Positions 19,502-28,280 of a DNA stretch of 64,000 nucleotides are shown one piece after another. Position numbers and translations under genes: made by a program. The notes below the pieces were generated by a model. That model made no database searches, was not told the origin of the DNA, and was given only the letters and a program-made list of their open reading frames with translations. Position 1 is the stretch's first letter. The number at the start of each line of letters is the position of its first letter. Where the stretch lies: positions 186,001-250,000 of the IMG/VR virus record IMGVR_UViG_3300049460_000312. One strand, 5' to 3'.

Positions 19502-20071
19502 TCAATGCATTAACGACTCGACGTAGGCCTGGCCCACGGGACGAGACACCAGCGCGTGGTAATCTTCATACACATAGAGCTGTTTGACCATACATCGAAG
19601 CAAGGCAAGCTGATTCTTCGCGTGCTCAACCAAGGTAAACCCTTGTTTCAGCGTCACCGCAATAGCCACGTCACCCGCCAAAGACACCGTGAAGGTCTCT
19701 TTAAAGCCAGTGTCGGCATACGGTGAAGGAACAACGTCGGACGGCTCGATGACCAGCCGGCGCAATGTCTCATCTTGCACCTTCTTGTCACTCGCGAGTG
19801 CAGCAATGTCCTCAATAACGCTTTTAGCCCTAGCATCGTCGGACTTGAGGCTGTCCAACCAACGGTAGTGCCAGGTGACCGTATCGGCCCCTACGCCATT
19901 GCCGGCAAAAAAGTGAGCCACATGGCCCAGTGCTGCGAGGCTCGTGAGGTCCTCAGTGGAAAAGAACGGACGAATCTTCTCATACGTGAGCAAATCCTCC
20001 GTCTTGAGGTTGTTACGCACCAAGACGGGAGTGATCCACCACGGAATGAAAGCGAACTGTTTCTCTTGCAT
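19502..20071 (-). CDS. Conserved head-associated protein upstream of MCP
   Basis: 189 aa; FIPWWI N-terminus; syntenic with phiKZ gp119. Confidence 0.6.
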   Translation of the reverse strand: MQEKQFAFIPWWITPVLVRNNLKTEDLLTYEKIRPFFSTEDLTSLAALGHVAHFFAGNGVGADTVTWHYRWLDSLKSDDARAKSVIEDIAALASDKKVQDETLRRLVIEPSDVVPSPYADTGFKETFTVSLAGDVAIAVTLKQGFTLVEHAKNQLALLRCMVKQLYVYEDYHALVSRPVGQAYVESLMH

Positions 20072-20311
20072 ATAAATGGTGATGTTTTTACTGGAATAAT
20101 TCCCAGTGCGAAATAAGGGAAGTCGTCACAGTCGTACGCACCGTGACGACTGACGGTGGTGTGATTGGCTGCTCAAATAATTGGTACACATGTAGCGCTA
20201 TGGGGCGGCGGTGAGAAAAAACTAAAGGTGCCTTTTAGTATGCAGAGTCGGGAGACCATCGCCCGACCAACCCTATACTAACCATCCAGAAGAACAGCCC
20301 TCCCGTTCACC

Positions 20312-21847
20312 ATGAAAGATATTCTGCTCCTTATTCGTGCTATCACATTGCTCTTCCGTGAAAGCCAGTTGGACGTTGGCGCGACTAGTTCGCCCGAGAT
20401 TGTGAAAGAAGTAGCAGAGACTGTGAAGCCGCCCGAAATGGCTGTCGGCTCCAGTGACAATGACCGGGACATGGTCATGGGTCTGCGCGGTATGGTGATG
20501 TGGATGGCCTCTAATATGGAAGGCACCAAATACGTCGCCGATGACCTGCTGCAGAAGGTGCGCATGCTCACCCGTCACGACGAATCGCTCTACGATGCGC
20601 TGAAGGAAGGCATCAACGGTCCGATGAGCGAAGAAGAGCTTCGGATCGTCACGGGCAACATCCGTCAGGAACTGAACTCCTACCTGCGGGAAGTGCAGGC
20701 GCTCAACATCATCAAGGAGCATTCCCGCAAGGCGTCGTTCAACCGGGAAGACATTGCCAACCTGCCGGAGTTCATCGCCCAGTTCCGTTCGCAACTGGAA
20801 CAGTATGAAACCAATGTCAAGGAGCGTGACCCAGCGATCGTCGGTGAAGTGAAGCTCAGCGAGACGGATCATGTCGAATCGGTATTCAGGCAGGCCAAGG
20901 AGCTGAATAACGAAAACGGCATTATGAAGACCGGCTGGCAGGCATTGAACCGCATGCTGCAGGGTGGCTTCCGGCGGGGCGAAGAAGTGGTGATTGGCGC
21001 GCTCCAGCACAACTTCAAGACCGGCTTCTCGCTCTCGCTCTTTAAGCAGATCGCGCTTTACAATAAGCCGTACATGATCGACGAGAAAAAGAAACCGCTG
21101 CTGTTGCGGATTTCCTTCGAAGATCCGTTGTCGCTCAACTTCCCGTTCCTCTACAGAAACATCAAGGAGAACGAGACGCTGGAGCATGCCGACGTGACCA
21201 ACACGTCGGAAGCGGAGATGTCGGCGTACATCCACGAGAAACTGACGGTCAACGGTTACGAGATCATGCTCGTGCACGTCAACCCGTCGTTGTGGGGCTA
21301 TCGTGACGTGCAGAACTATGTCTTGAGTCTGGAAGCCCAGGGCTACGAGATTCACATGCTGATGCTCGATTACCTGAACATGCTCGATAAGCGTGGTCTG
21401 GATAATAACGGGCCGATGGGTTCGAACATTCGTGACCTGTTCCGTCGCATGCGTAACTTCTGCTCGCCGCGCAAGATCACGCTGATCACGCCGCACCAGT
21501 TGTCCACCGAAGCTAAGATGTTGATTCGTCAGGGCAACGAGGAAAGCTTTGTGCGCGATATTGCGAATAAAGGCTATTACGACTCGTGCAAGACGATTGA
21601 CCAGGAAGTCGATCTGGAGCTGTATATCCACATCGTTAAGGCGGACAACAAGTCGTGGCTCACCATTCAGCGTGGTAAGCACCGGCTGATCTCACAGACC
21701 AAGGAAGAGTACAAGTACACTGTGATGCCGTTTGAAGACATTGGTGACATTCGTGATGACATCAATGGCGGGGATACGTCACGCAAGAAGCCAGCAGGAC
21801 CGCAAGAGGGACAACCTGCAGCTTTTTGGGACTTTGATCTCGTCTGA
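20312..21847 (+). CDS. dnaB: Replicative DnaB-like helicase
   Basis: MKTGWQALNRMLQGGFRRGE, Walker A variant GALQHNFKT, Walker B LMLDYLN, TPHQLS, QRGKHR. Confidence 0.9.
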   Translation: MKDILLLIRAITLLFRESQLDVGATSSPEIVKEVAETVKPPEMAVGSSDNDRDMVMGLRGMVMWMASNMEGTKYVADDLLQKVRMLTRHDESLYDALKEGINGPMSEEELRIVTGNIRQELNSYLREVQALNIIKEHSRKASFNREDIANLPEFIAQFRSQLEQYETNVKERDPAIVGEVKLSETDHVESVFRQAKELNNENGIMKTGWQALNRMLQGGFRRGEEVVIGALQHNFKTGFSLSLFKQIALYNKPYMIDEKKKPLLLRISFEDPLSLNFPFLYRNIKENETLEHADVTNTSEAEMSAYIHEKLTVNGYEIMLVHVNPSLWGYRDVQNYVLSLEAQGYEIHMLMLDYLNMLDKRGLDNNGPMGSNIRDLFRRMRNFCSPRKITLITPHQLSTEAKMLIRQGNEESFVRDIANKGYYDSCKTIDQEVDLELYIHIVKADNKSWLTIQRGKHRLISQTKEEYKYTVMPFEDIGDIRDDINGGDTSRKKPAGPQEGQPAAFWDFDLV

Positions 21848-21848
21848 A

Positions 21849-21912
21849 GCAAAAAAAAAAGATAGCGGGCATAAGCGAGAGAGACCCGAAGGTCTCTCTC
21901 GCTTTTATGCCG
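21849..21912. terminator. Bidirectional terminator with TTATGCCG overlapping an Ala-Ala-stop
   Basis: A-run, GCGAGAGAGAC/GTCTCTCTCGC stem, TTTTATGCCG. Confidence 0.8.
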
Positions 21913-22249
21913 CATGAAGCGAGCCGGAGGTAATGAATGCGAGCCGATTCCTGGCCAGATCGTAGGTCACCCCGCAGTACACCAATTCCTGAACGATCTC
22001 GTGTGTGGCGACCAGCTTGAAGACTTCGATCGGAAGACGGAAGTAGATCGTCGAATTGAAGACGGCGTCCACCATCGGCAGCGAGTCGGTCATCGTGACA
22101 AAAGCCAGCTTGTCCAGTACCAGCAGCGCGTGAACGTCGGGTCGACGGGCGCGCTTGTTCTTGACGTGGTCATACAGGCAGTAGCCTGACAGCGAACTGA
22201 ACAAATCGTACAGTTCCTGATTTGTCATGTGTTTGATTTCTTTGTTCAC
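21905..22249 (-). CDS. Hypothetical protein
   Basis: ORF with RBS; ends in SLHAA. Confidence 0.65.
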   Translation of the reverse strand: MNKEIKHMTNQELYDLFSSLSGYCLYDHVKNKRARRPDVHALLVLDKLAFVTMTDSLPMVDAVFNSTIYFRLPIEVFKLVATHEIVQELVYCGVTYDLARNRLAFITSGSLHAA

Positions 22250-22315
22250 GTTTCACTCCCTATTGGAGGCGTAAGTCAGGCACGCCGTACTTCGACCTCA
22301 CGGTCGCTCTCGCTC

Positions 22316-22630
22316 TTATGCCGGTTTTTGCACTGTCTTCATAAAAGCAAGTGCATCGTCAAGTGCCGTGCCCACATCATCTCGCGGGTACGAACAGAAC
22401 ATCTGAGTCTGAACCGTGCCGAAGATCAATCCTTCCGGTTGGTTGACGCTCACAAACCAGATGTAATCCAGATTACCCGTCTCTTTCCAGAGACGGTATT
22501 CCAGATTGCATTCCCAGGTGATCTTTTCCAACTCGTTCAATTTCTCTACGTGACAGGCCCAATTCACCGCAGGAGGGCGCTCGAACTTCGCATTCGGATC
22601 ATACACGGGGCGCTTGGATCGTCTGGTCAT
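22316..22630 (-). CDS. Hypothetical protein
   Basis: RBS GGAGG before the ATG. Confidence 0.65.
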   Translation of the reverse strand: MTRRSKRPVYDPNAKFERPPAVNWACHVEKLNELEKITWECNLEYRLWKETGNLDYIWFVSVNQPEGLIFGTVQTQMFCSYPRDDVGTALDDALAFMKTVQKPA

Positions 22631-22638
22631 ATTACCTC

Positions 22639-23013
22639 CTAGTTAAGACGCATGTCGGGGACACCATAACGCTTGGTAGCGTAGTAGGTGTAGTCCTTGA
22701 ACCGCTGGATATGGCTCAACAGACACTGGTTCACCGGATAACCCAGCTCCCCTTTCGGGCAGTCATGATTGGCCGACGAAGCGATGGCTTGGCGTTTGGC
22801 TTCTACCTGGGACTTCACCACCATCGGCACCTGGCGTGAGTTGTACACGGCCTGCGCGTACTCGTCAGCCTGATCGTATTCGCTGACGATGACATTCGAC
22901 CAGCAATTGTCCTTCTGCTGCTTAGTCGGCAGCGTATCACACGTGGAAACGGCAAACGCCTGAGAGGCCCACAGAGCGATTACGAGAGCCAGGATATAGT
23001 TACGCATAGCCAT
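22639..23013 (-). CDS. Secreted/periplasmic protein, LprI (DUF1311) lysozyme-inhibitor-like
   Basis: Sec signal (ALWASQAFA) and four Cys in the C-x11-C ... C-x11-C helical pattern typical of LprI. Confidence 0.55.
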   Translation of the reverse strand: MAMRNYILALVIALWASQAFAVSTCDTLPTKQQKDNCWSNVIVSEYDQADEYAQAVYNSRQVPMVVKSQVEAKRQAIASSANHDCPKGELGYPVNQCLLSHIQRFKDYTYYATKRYGVPDMRLN

Positions 23014-23075
23014 CCCTCCTTAACGGCATAGAGAGCGGATTAGACCGCTCCCTGTGCATGTTTAACTGCGTCTTG

Positions 23076-23477
23076 TTACCTGACCACTGACAGGAAGCTC
23101 TTTTTCGGTGCCGTTTCCTCAACTGCTTTCGCTGGAGCGGGTTCAACGGGACTTTCCGGCTTCGGCTCGAACTGGAATGCCATGCCTTCCTGGGTTTCTC
23201 GCGCAAAGAGCGCCACCACGTTATCGACCGGCACTTCAATCTGGAAGAGCTTGCCGGAGAAGCGCGCATTGAACTCGATCAGTTCATTGCCCATCCGCAA
23301 CTGGGTGGTCGCCTGTACGCTAATGTCTAGCGTGATCGAGTCGTCCTTCACATGCTGCATCGGCACGCGGGTGCGGCTATCGACCTGCACCGTGAGATAC
23401 GGCGTGTAGTTGTTGTCGGTGCACCACTCATAGAGGGCGCGCAGGAAGTACGGCTTCTGGGAAGTAGATTGACTCAT
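23076..23477 (-). CDS. sspB: ClpXP adaptor SspB (stringent starvation protein B)
   Basis: QKPYFLRALYEWCTDNNYTPYL, ARFSGK and V.ALFARET..GMAF; C-terminal XB-like motif FLSVVR. Confidence 0.93.
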   Translation of the reverse strand: MSQSTSQKPYFLRALYEWCTDNNYTPYLTVQVDSRTRVPMQHVKDDSITLDISVQATTQLRMGNELIEFNARFSGKLFQIEVPVDNVVALFARETQEGMAFQFEPKPESPVEPAPAKAVEETAPKKSFLSVVR

Positions 23478-23638
23478 TATCGGTTCTTCTTCAACTGAGC
23501 ATTAAGTTCATCTCCGACACGCTGGACTTTCTGTTCGTCCAGCGTGTCGCAGCCTTGCAGGGAGCGTAGGGCCGCGCCGAGGACTACCCCCGTTGCCGGG
23601 GTAGAGCTCGACCTTCGTCGGCAGGTTTGGCTTGCTCG

Positions 23639-24070
23639 TTACGCACTCTTACGCAGGAGGTTTTCGAGCTCGACGATGTCGTCCATGTCTTGCGCGCGCT
23701 TGTCCTGCGTGCGCTCCGGATTGTTCGCAAGCGCCACCTTCTGCTTGAGGAGTTCTTCCGGGCAGTAGCAGCACACGCCACCGACGACGTGCCACTTGAT
23801 GTCGGTGCGCAGGCCGCGGTGCGCCGCGACTTCACCCAGCAGGTCAGGCAGCACGAGGTGCTCGCCGCGCGAGGTGGTGACCACTTTCGCGCCCTTGCGC
23901 TTCAGGCGATCGTAGAGTTCTGCCGGGATATCGAGATCCAGGTCTTCGGTTTCCTTGCGCAGCCCCAGCATCAGCAGGGCACCACCGGCCGAGAGGACGG
24001 CTTCCTTGATCGTCAGACGATGCTGTTTGCGGAAACGGTCATACGTCGCGATGATAGCAGATTTGTTCAT
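23639..24070 (-). CDS. Minimal Pol-beta-fold nucleotidyltransferase
   Basis: SAGGALLMLGLRKETEDLDLDI fits the G-G-x9-12-DxD signature. Start corrected to 24070. Confidence 0.7.
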   Translation of the reverse strand: MNKSAIIATYDRFRKQHRLTIKEAVLSAGGALLMLGLRKETEDLDLDIPAELYDRLKRKGAKVVTTSRGEHLVLPDLLGEVAAHRGLRTDIKWHVVGGVCCYCPEELLKQKVALANNPERTQDKRAQDMDDIVELENLLRKSA

Positions 24071-24117
24071 GTTCGAGTAAGTTCTCTCTGAATGAGTAAA
24101 GGGATTACTGCAGGATG

Positions 24118-24125
24118 GTGATATG
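24118..24125 (-). promoter_or_regulatory. Early promoter core (CATATCAC)
   Basis: Variant of TATATTAC, just downstream of a terminator and about 48 nt upstream of the ATG. Confidence 0.55.
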
Positions 24126-24183
24126 TGGTTAAAAAAGCGACGACATAGAGAGGAGGGTGTTTCCCTCCCTCGTTTATACCGTT

Positions 24184-25053
24184 TTACGGCCAGCTGATGC
24201 TCAGATCGCCATTGCACAGCGCATTCATCAGTTCCATCTGCGGTGGCATGATCAGCAGATGCTTGCCCTGGTGCTCCGGCTCGCGCGAAATACCGATCGA
24301 AAACATCGTCGTCAGTTCAGACAATACCGGATGCAGGCCAATGCCCGGACGGAGTCGATAGAGACGATGGACGTATTCCGCCACCGAAATCTCATTTTCA
24401 ACCACCACGGTATCGGGCTCCACCACCCCCCAGTACGACAACGGCGTCGTCTGGAAGAACGGATCGGTATGTTCATCACGGGAGGCCATGCTGGCACCCA
24501 GCATGGCCGACATGGCTTCGCGCAGGGCTGTGACGATATGGACTGCCTGTTCCAGCGCCAGCTGACTAGCTTCTGTCAGTTCTGTACCACCCTCGCCGCA
24601 CTCCGAGATGAAGTTCAGCTTGAGCAGGTAGTTCGAGAAGAAATACTCGAATCCAACGCGAGCCTTCGTCAAAGCACGCTGGTTGCGATCCGATAACAAC
24701 GGACTATAGCCTCGTCCAGCCATGGCTTCCTGAGAGTCACGACTTACCGGCGCGTATAACTTCCCGCTGACCAGGATTGCGCCCGTGGGTGCAAATGTCG
24801 GTCCCGCCGGGTCCGCAGCACCCTTACCAAAAAGGGGAGTGCTGGGTGTGGTCAGACGTCGCGTGGCGAAAGCACGCGTGCTAGTCGGTTCCGCCGCGGT
24901 ATGCATCGAGCCGTGATTACCCGGATCACTCTCCGAGGGTCGGGCGTCATGTGTTTCCTGATGCGCATCCAGTGCGATGGCAGGCGGTAGTTCACCCGAG
25001 GGGGCGAAGCCGTTATCAACTGCAACCGGGACGTCGTTATCGGTGATGGCCAT
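24184..25053 (-). CDS. Hypothetical protein with low-complexity N-half
   Basis: 289 aa ORF with RBS. Confidence 0.65.
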   Translation of the reverse strand: MAITDNDVPVAVDNGFAPSGELPPAIALDAHQETHDARPSESDPGNHGSMHTAAEPTSTRAFATRRLTTPSTPLFGKGAADPAGPTFAPTGAILVSGKLYAPVSRDSQEAMAGRGYSPLLSDRNQRALTKARVGFEYFFSNYLLKLNFISECGEGGTELTEASQLALEQAVHIVTALREAMSAMLGASMASRDEHTDPFFQTTPLSYWGVVEPDTVVVENEISVAEYVHRLYRLRPGIGLHPVLSELTTMFSIGISREPEHQGKHLLIMPPQMELMNALCNGDLSISWP

Positions 25054-25211
25054 GCTTATTTCCTTTACAAAGTTCAGTGGTGGTGTTTCAACGTTCCATG
25101 CCGAGTTGCATTCGGCGGATCTTTTCGGTTACGCAACCGGAGCCGCAGCACCAGTCGCATCGAGAGGGGGAATAGCAGCCATCTCACGTAACAAGAGCAT
25201 CTGCCCTCCCG

Positions 25212-25637
25212 TTAGTTCGGCAGCTTACCTTCGACGAGGTAGGTCAGGATATCGCTGTCGATGTCCTTGATATTACGGCACCCGAGATTGCTCACCAGGT
25301 GTTCCTTGGACATCATCGTGGTGGCGTCCTGGTAGTTCAGCGTGCGGCGTGACTGATCGTTTTGCAGATCACCGAACACAACGACGGTGGTCTTGCCACC
25401 GTCGTAGGGAATATTGCTGATATGCACCAGCGCGATGTCCTTGGGGACTTCCTGCTGTTGCAGGTGCAAGGTGGTGCGAAAGAGGTTGTCCGCCGCGCCG
25501 ACGGGCTTGGCGTAGTCCGGGCGAACTACCACCAGCGCGTCTTCCTTATCCTTGAGGGCGCCTTGCAGGGCGATGATGATGTTCTCGACAAACGTCGGTT
25601 GCTGATACAGCTTCTTTGCGACTTGGGCCTGTGCCAT
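25212..25637 (-). CDS. Hypothetical protein
   Basis: 141 aa with RBS AGGAAAG. Confidence 0.7.
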   Translation of the reverse strand: MAQAQVAKKLYQQPTFVENIIIALQGALKDKEDALVVVRPDYAKPVGAADNLFRTTLHLQQQEVPKDIALVHISNIPYDGGKTTVVVFGDLQNDQSRRTLNYQDATTMMSKEHLVSNLGCRNIKDIDSDILTYLVEGKLPN

Positions 25638-25737
25638 TTTGTTACTTTCCTCTAGTGGTGGTGTGGGTACGGAATAAAAAAGTGCCGAGCCGCTCGCTAA
25701 CGGACTCGGCCAAAGGAGTAATGATTACCTCAGTACC

Positions 25738-26766
25738 TCAGGAATGCCGACGCTCCAGCTCCTCAATGGCAAACTTCTCATTGAGTAGCACGGGCAGCGA
25801 GACATGGGCTAGCGTCTGCTGTTTGCGCTTAAGAGCCATATTCGGCGAAGCGTTCAACCGGTTCTTGACTTCTTCAATGTACTCGTACACGCGTTGCACA
25901 CACGGAAATTCGCGCGTAGTCTTGCGGTGCTTGTACAGGCACTGTTCGTTGTACGACTTGTTATTGCAGAACGTCGTGACGTGCATGGTGACGGTAGTAT
26001 CTGGGTGGATATGAGCCACGTAGCGCATGATGATGCGGCGCTCCGGACAGCACTCATAGCCAAAGTACAGATTAAGCTCAATCAGCTCCTTGTCATCCCG
26101 CGCATACTCGTCTGTCCAACTCATCTTCTCCAGGCTCGCCAGATCAATGATGTCCTGGAGAAACTCGAAGCGTAAATTCTTCTGGTAATTAGCGTGCGTC
26201 TTGAACTTCAACGCCTCCCCCAGGTACTGACTGCATGCGTCCAGATCCTGCATGCTCGGATTGTCAAACCGGGCGATATTGGAGTTGTCGATCGCGGTCT
26301 CGATCGCCACCTTAATCGCGGCGTAGTCTTGCACTACGCGGTCGGTGTAGGCATCGTACGCTTCACCATCACGACGTACCAAGGCCTCAGCCGTACTCAT
26401 GAGCGATACGGGGATCATGTAATCCTCGATCAAGGTCCGCGGTGTCAGACCTAACTCACGACCATTCTGTAACACTTTGCCGAGCAGGGTTGCACAGACG
26501 CCATGGACCGTACTGGCCCGTTCAGCGACGCGCAACACATGCTGGATATAGGGCCGACCGGTCAGGTCTTTGTGCCCCATGTGGACGGTGTACGCCAGTT
26601 CCAGACACGTATTGCGAAGATCCAGCAGGAAACGTTGCGTATCGCGGGCAGCCTGGTGATTTTGCAGGACTTTAGTTTTCAGCAGCTGTAGCGCGTTATG
26701 CTGTTTCTCTAGCGGTGTCTTCTTTACATCCGTGAGCATCATCCGTCTTCTCCTTTCGCAGTTCAT
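25738..26766 (-). CDS. SpoT/Mesh1-type HD-domain protein, catalytically degenerate, with extra C-terminal domain
   Basis: LAYTVHMGHKDLTGRPYIQHVLRV matches small alarmone hydrolases (AH.GQ.DK.G.PYI.HPLRV). HDxxED is replaced by GKVLQN and KLADLxDN by KVAIETAIDN. Confidence 0.7.
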   Translation of the reverse strand: MNCERRRRMMLTDVKKTPLEKQHNALQLLKTKVLQNHQAARDTQRFLLDLRNTCLELAYTVHMGHKDLTGRPYIQHVLRVAERASTVHGVCATLLGKVLQNGRELGLTPRTLIEDYMIPVSLMSTAEALVRRDGEAYDAYTDRVVQDYAAIKVAIETAIDNSNIARFDNPSMQDLDACSQYLGEALKFKTHANYQKNLRFEFLQDIIDLASLEKMSWTDEYARDDKELIELNLYFGYECCPERRIIMRYVAHIHPDTTVTMHVTTFCNNKSYNEQCLYKHRKTTREFPCVQRVYEYIEEVKNRLNASPNMALKRKQQTLAHVSLPVLLNEKFAIEELERRHS

Positions 26767-26909
26767 TAAGTTTAACTACTGCTGGTCGTCTCGCCGCTGT
26801 AAATTACGGAGTTTTAGGTGTCTTGTCCCTGCGGCATTGCATATGCGTTAGAGTACAAAATCACTTCTCCTCACAGCTGCTAGGATATGTGTATTCCCTA
26901 CGATCACAA

Positions 26910-26955
26910 CGGCATAAGAGCCCGGGTCACCCCGGGCCTTATGTCTTTTATGCCG
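26910..26955. terminator. Double hairpin-TTATGCCG element
   Basis: CGGCATAA (26910) and TTATGCCG (26948) flank the GCCCGGG/CCCGGGC stem. Confidence 0.75.
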
Positions 26956-27873
26956 TCACTCTTGCGGGAAGGTCGTTTTGTTAAACGCCAGGTACGTGTT
27001 CAGATGCACCCGCGCCACTTCCACCGCACCCGACCAGATAAGCTGGTAGGCTCGGTCCATGTGTTCCCACGCCTTGAGCGCCCGCACGCGTTCCTGATCG
27101 CGCAGATCCCAGTGGCGGTTGAGCAACACCTGCACTGACGACTTGTAGATGCCGTAGACCGTATCCGCCAGGGCATCCGGCTTATGGATCAGGTGATGCA
27201 CGATCACCGTCGCCGGATCGAGTTCAGGCAGCGGGCCGAACACTTCGCCGTGCTTGTCAAAATCATGCAGGAAGCGGGTCACCGCCGCGCGCGTGTGCTC
27301 ACCCTGGATAAGCGTGATCAGACGCGAGACTTCGCTGACGATCGACGGAATGCGCAGCTGGATGAAAGCGTCCTCGCCATCGACCCACAAGGCAAAGCGA
27401 ATCACCACGTCCCAGTTCAGTTCCGTGTTCAGGCGCTTCATCGTGATCGAGCTTTCCACCCGCACCTGCGCTTTGGAATCAGCCCGGCGCTGGCGCAGGT
27501 ACTCGTCGATGGTGATCAGCCAGTTGTCGAGCAACTGCGGATCAGCGATCAGCCGGTCCGTCAACTGCAGGCCCGCCGGCAAGAGCTTCTTCTGCACGTA
27601 GTTCTCGACCCGGTGCAGGGTGTGCAGGAAGTTATCCCGCTCGTAGAACGCGTTATACAGCACGGTGCCGGGTTCTTCGGCCAAGTGCATACCAATCCAG
27701 CGGTCTTGGTTAAAACCGCTGTCCAGGGCTGCTGTACGCAGTCCCTTGGCGGCACTGTAATGCCGGGGCGCGCGCTGGTTGCTGAACAACGAATGCACTT
27801 CGACCGAAGGGCCAAAGCACAAAGTTTTTTCCAGGAAATCCTGGAGGGAGAGGGTAGTGGCGACGGCTTCCAT
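26956..27873 (-). CDS. Hypothetical protein
   Basis: 305 aa with coding-like bias. Confidence 0.7.
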   Translation of the reverse strand: MEAVATTLSLQDFLEKTLCFGPSVEVHSLFSNQRAPRHYSAAKGLRTAALDSGFNQDRWIGMHLAEEPGTVLYNAFYERDNFLHTLHRVENYVQKKLLPAGLQLTDRLIADPQLLDNWLITIDEYLRQRRADSKAQVRVESSITMKRLNTELNWDVVIRFALWVDGEDAFIQLRIPSIVSEVSRLITLIQGEHTRAAVTRFLHDFDKHGEVFGPLPELDPATVIVHHLIHKPDALADTVYGIYKSSVQVLLNRHWDLRDQERVRALKAWEHMDRAYQLIWSGAVEVARVHLNTYLAFNKTTFPQE

Positions 27874-27885
27874 GATGTCCTTGAA

Positions 27886-28194
27886 TCAATGCTTTCTGAG
27901 ATAGACGAGATTCCTTTTGCAACTGAGCATGGCCGCGGCACCGGCTTCTTTCGGTGTAAGCGAGGGGCTCTCGTAGATCGAGTCTGCGATGCCTTTAATC
28001 TCAATCGCGGAGGTGGGTCGATCGGCATAGACTTGATCGACCCCTGCGTAAATGTTACCCAACGGTACGCTGCGGTCACGACCTTCAGCGATATGCACGG
28101 CGAGGTCATGCAGGGCAGCACACACTTCACTTTGAGCGAAGGCCTGTGTACTGAGCACCAAACCGAGCGCCAGCGCTGCGAGCAGCTTTTTCAT
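27886..28194 (-). CDS. Small secreted protein
   Basis: Signal peptide MKKLLAALALGLVLSTQAFA and two Cys; start corrected to 28194. Confidence 0.7.
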   Translation of the reverse strand: MKKLLAALALGLVLSTQAFAQSEVCAALHDLAVHIAEGRDRSVPLGNIYAGVDQVYADRPTSAIEIKGIADSIYESPSLTPKEAGAAAMLSCKRNLVYLRKH

Positions 28195-28280
28195 TGTTGT
28201 TTCCCTTAGCGTAAGATAGTGACAGGCGTATTTATTTTTCTTTTTGTTCTTGAGTAAAAACGAAAAGAAAAATAAAAGAG

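Noticed and set aside
22627-22634. CATATTAC on the + strand (also at 4814)
   Set aside because: At 22627 it is simply the reverse complement of RBS-spacer-ATG. At 4814 it has no downstream + strand gene, so it is not called as a promoter.
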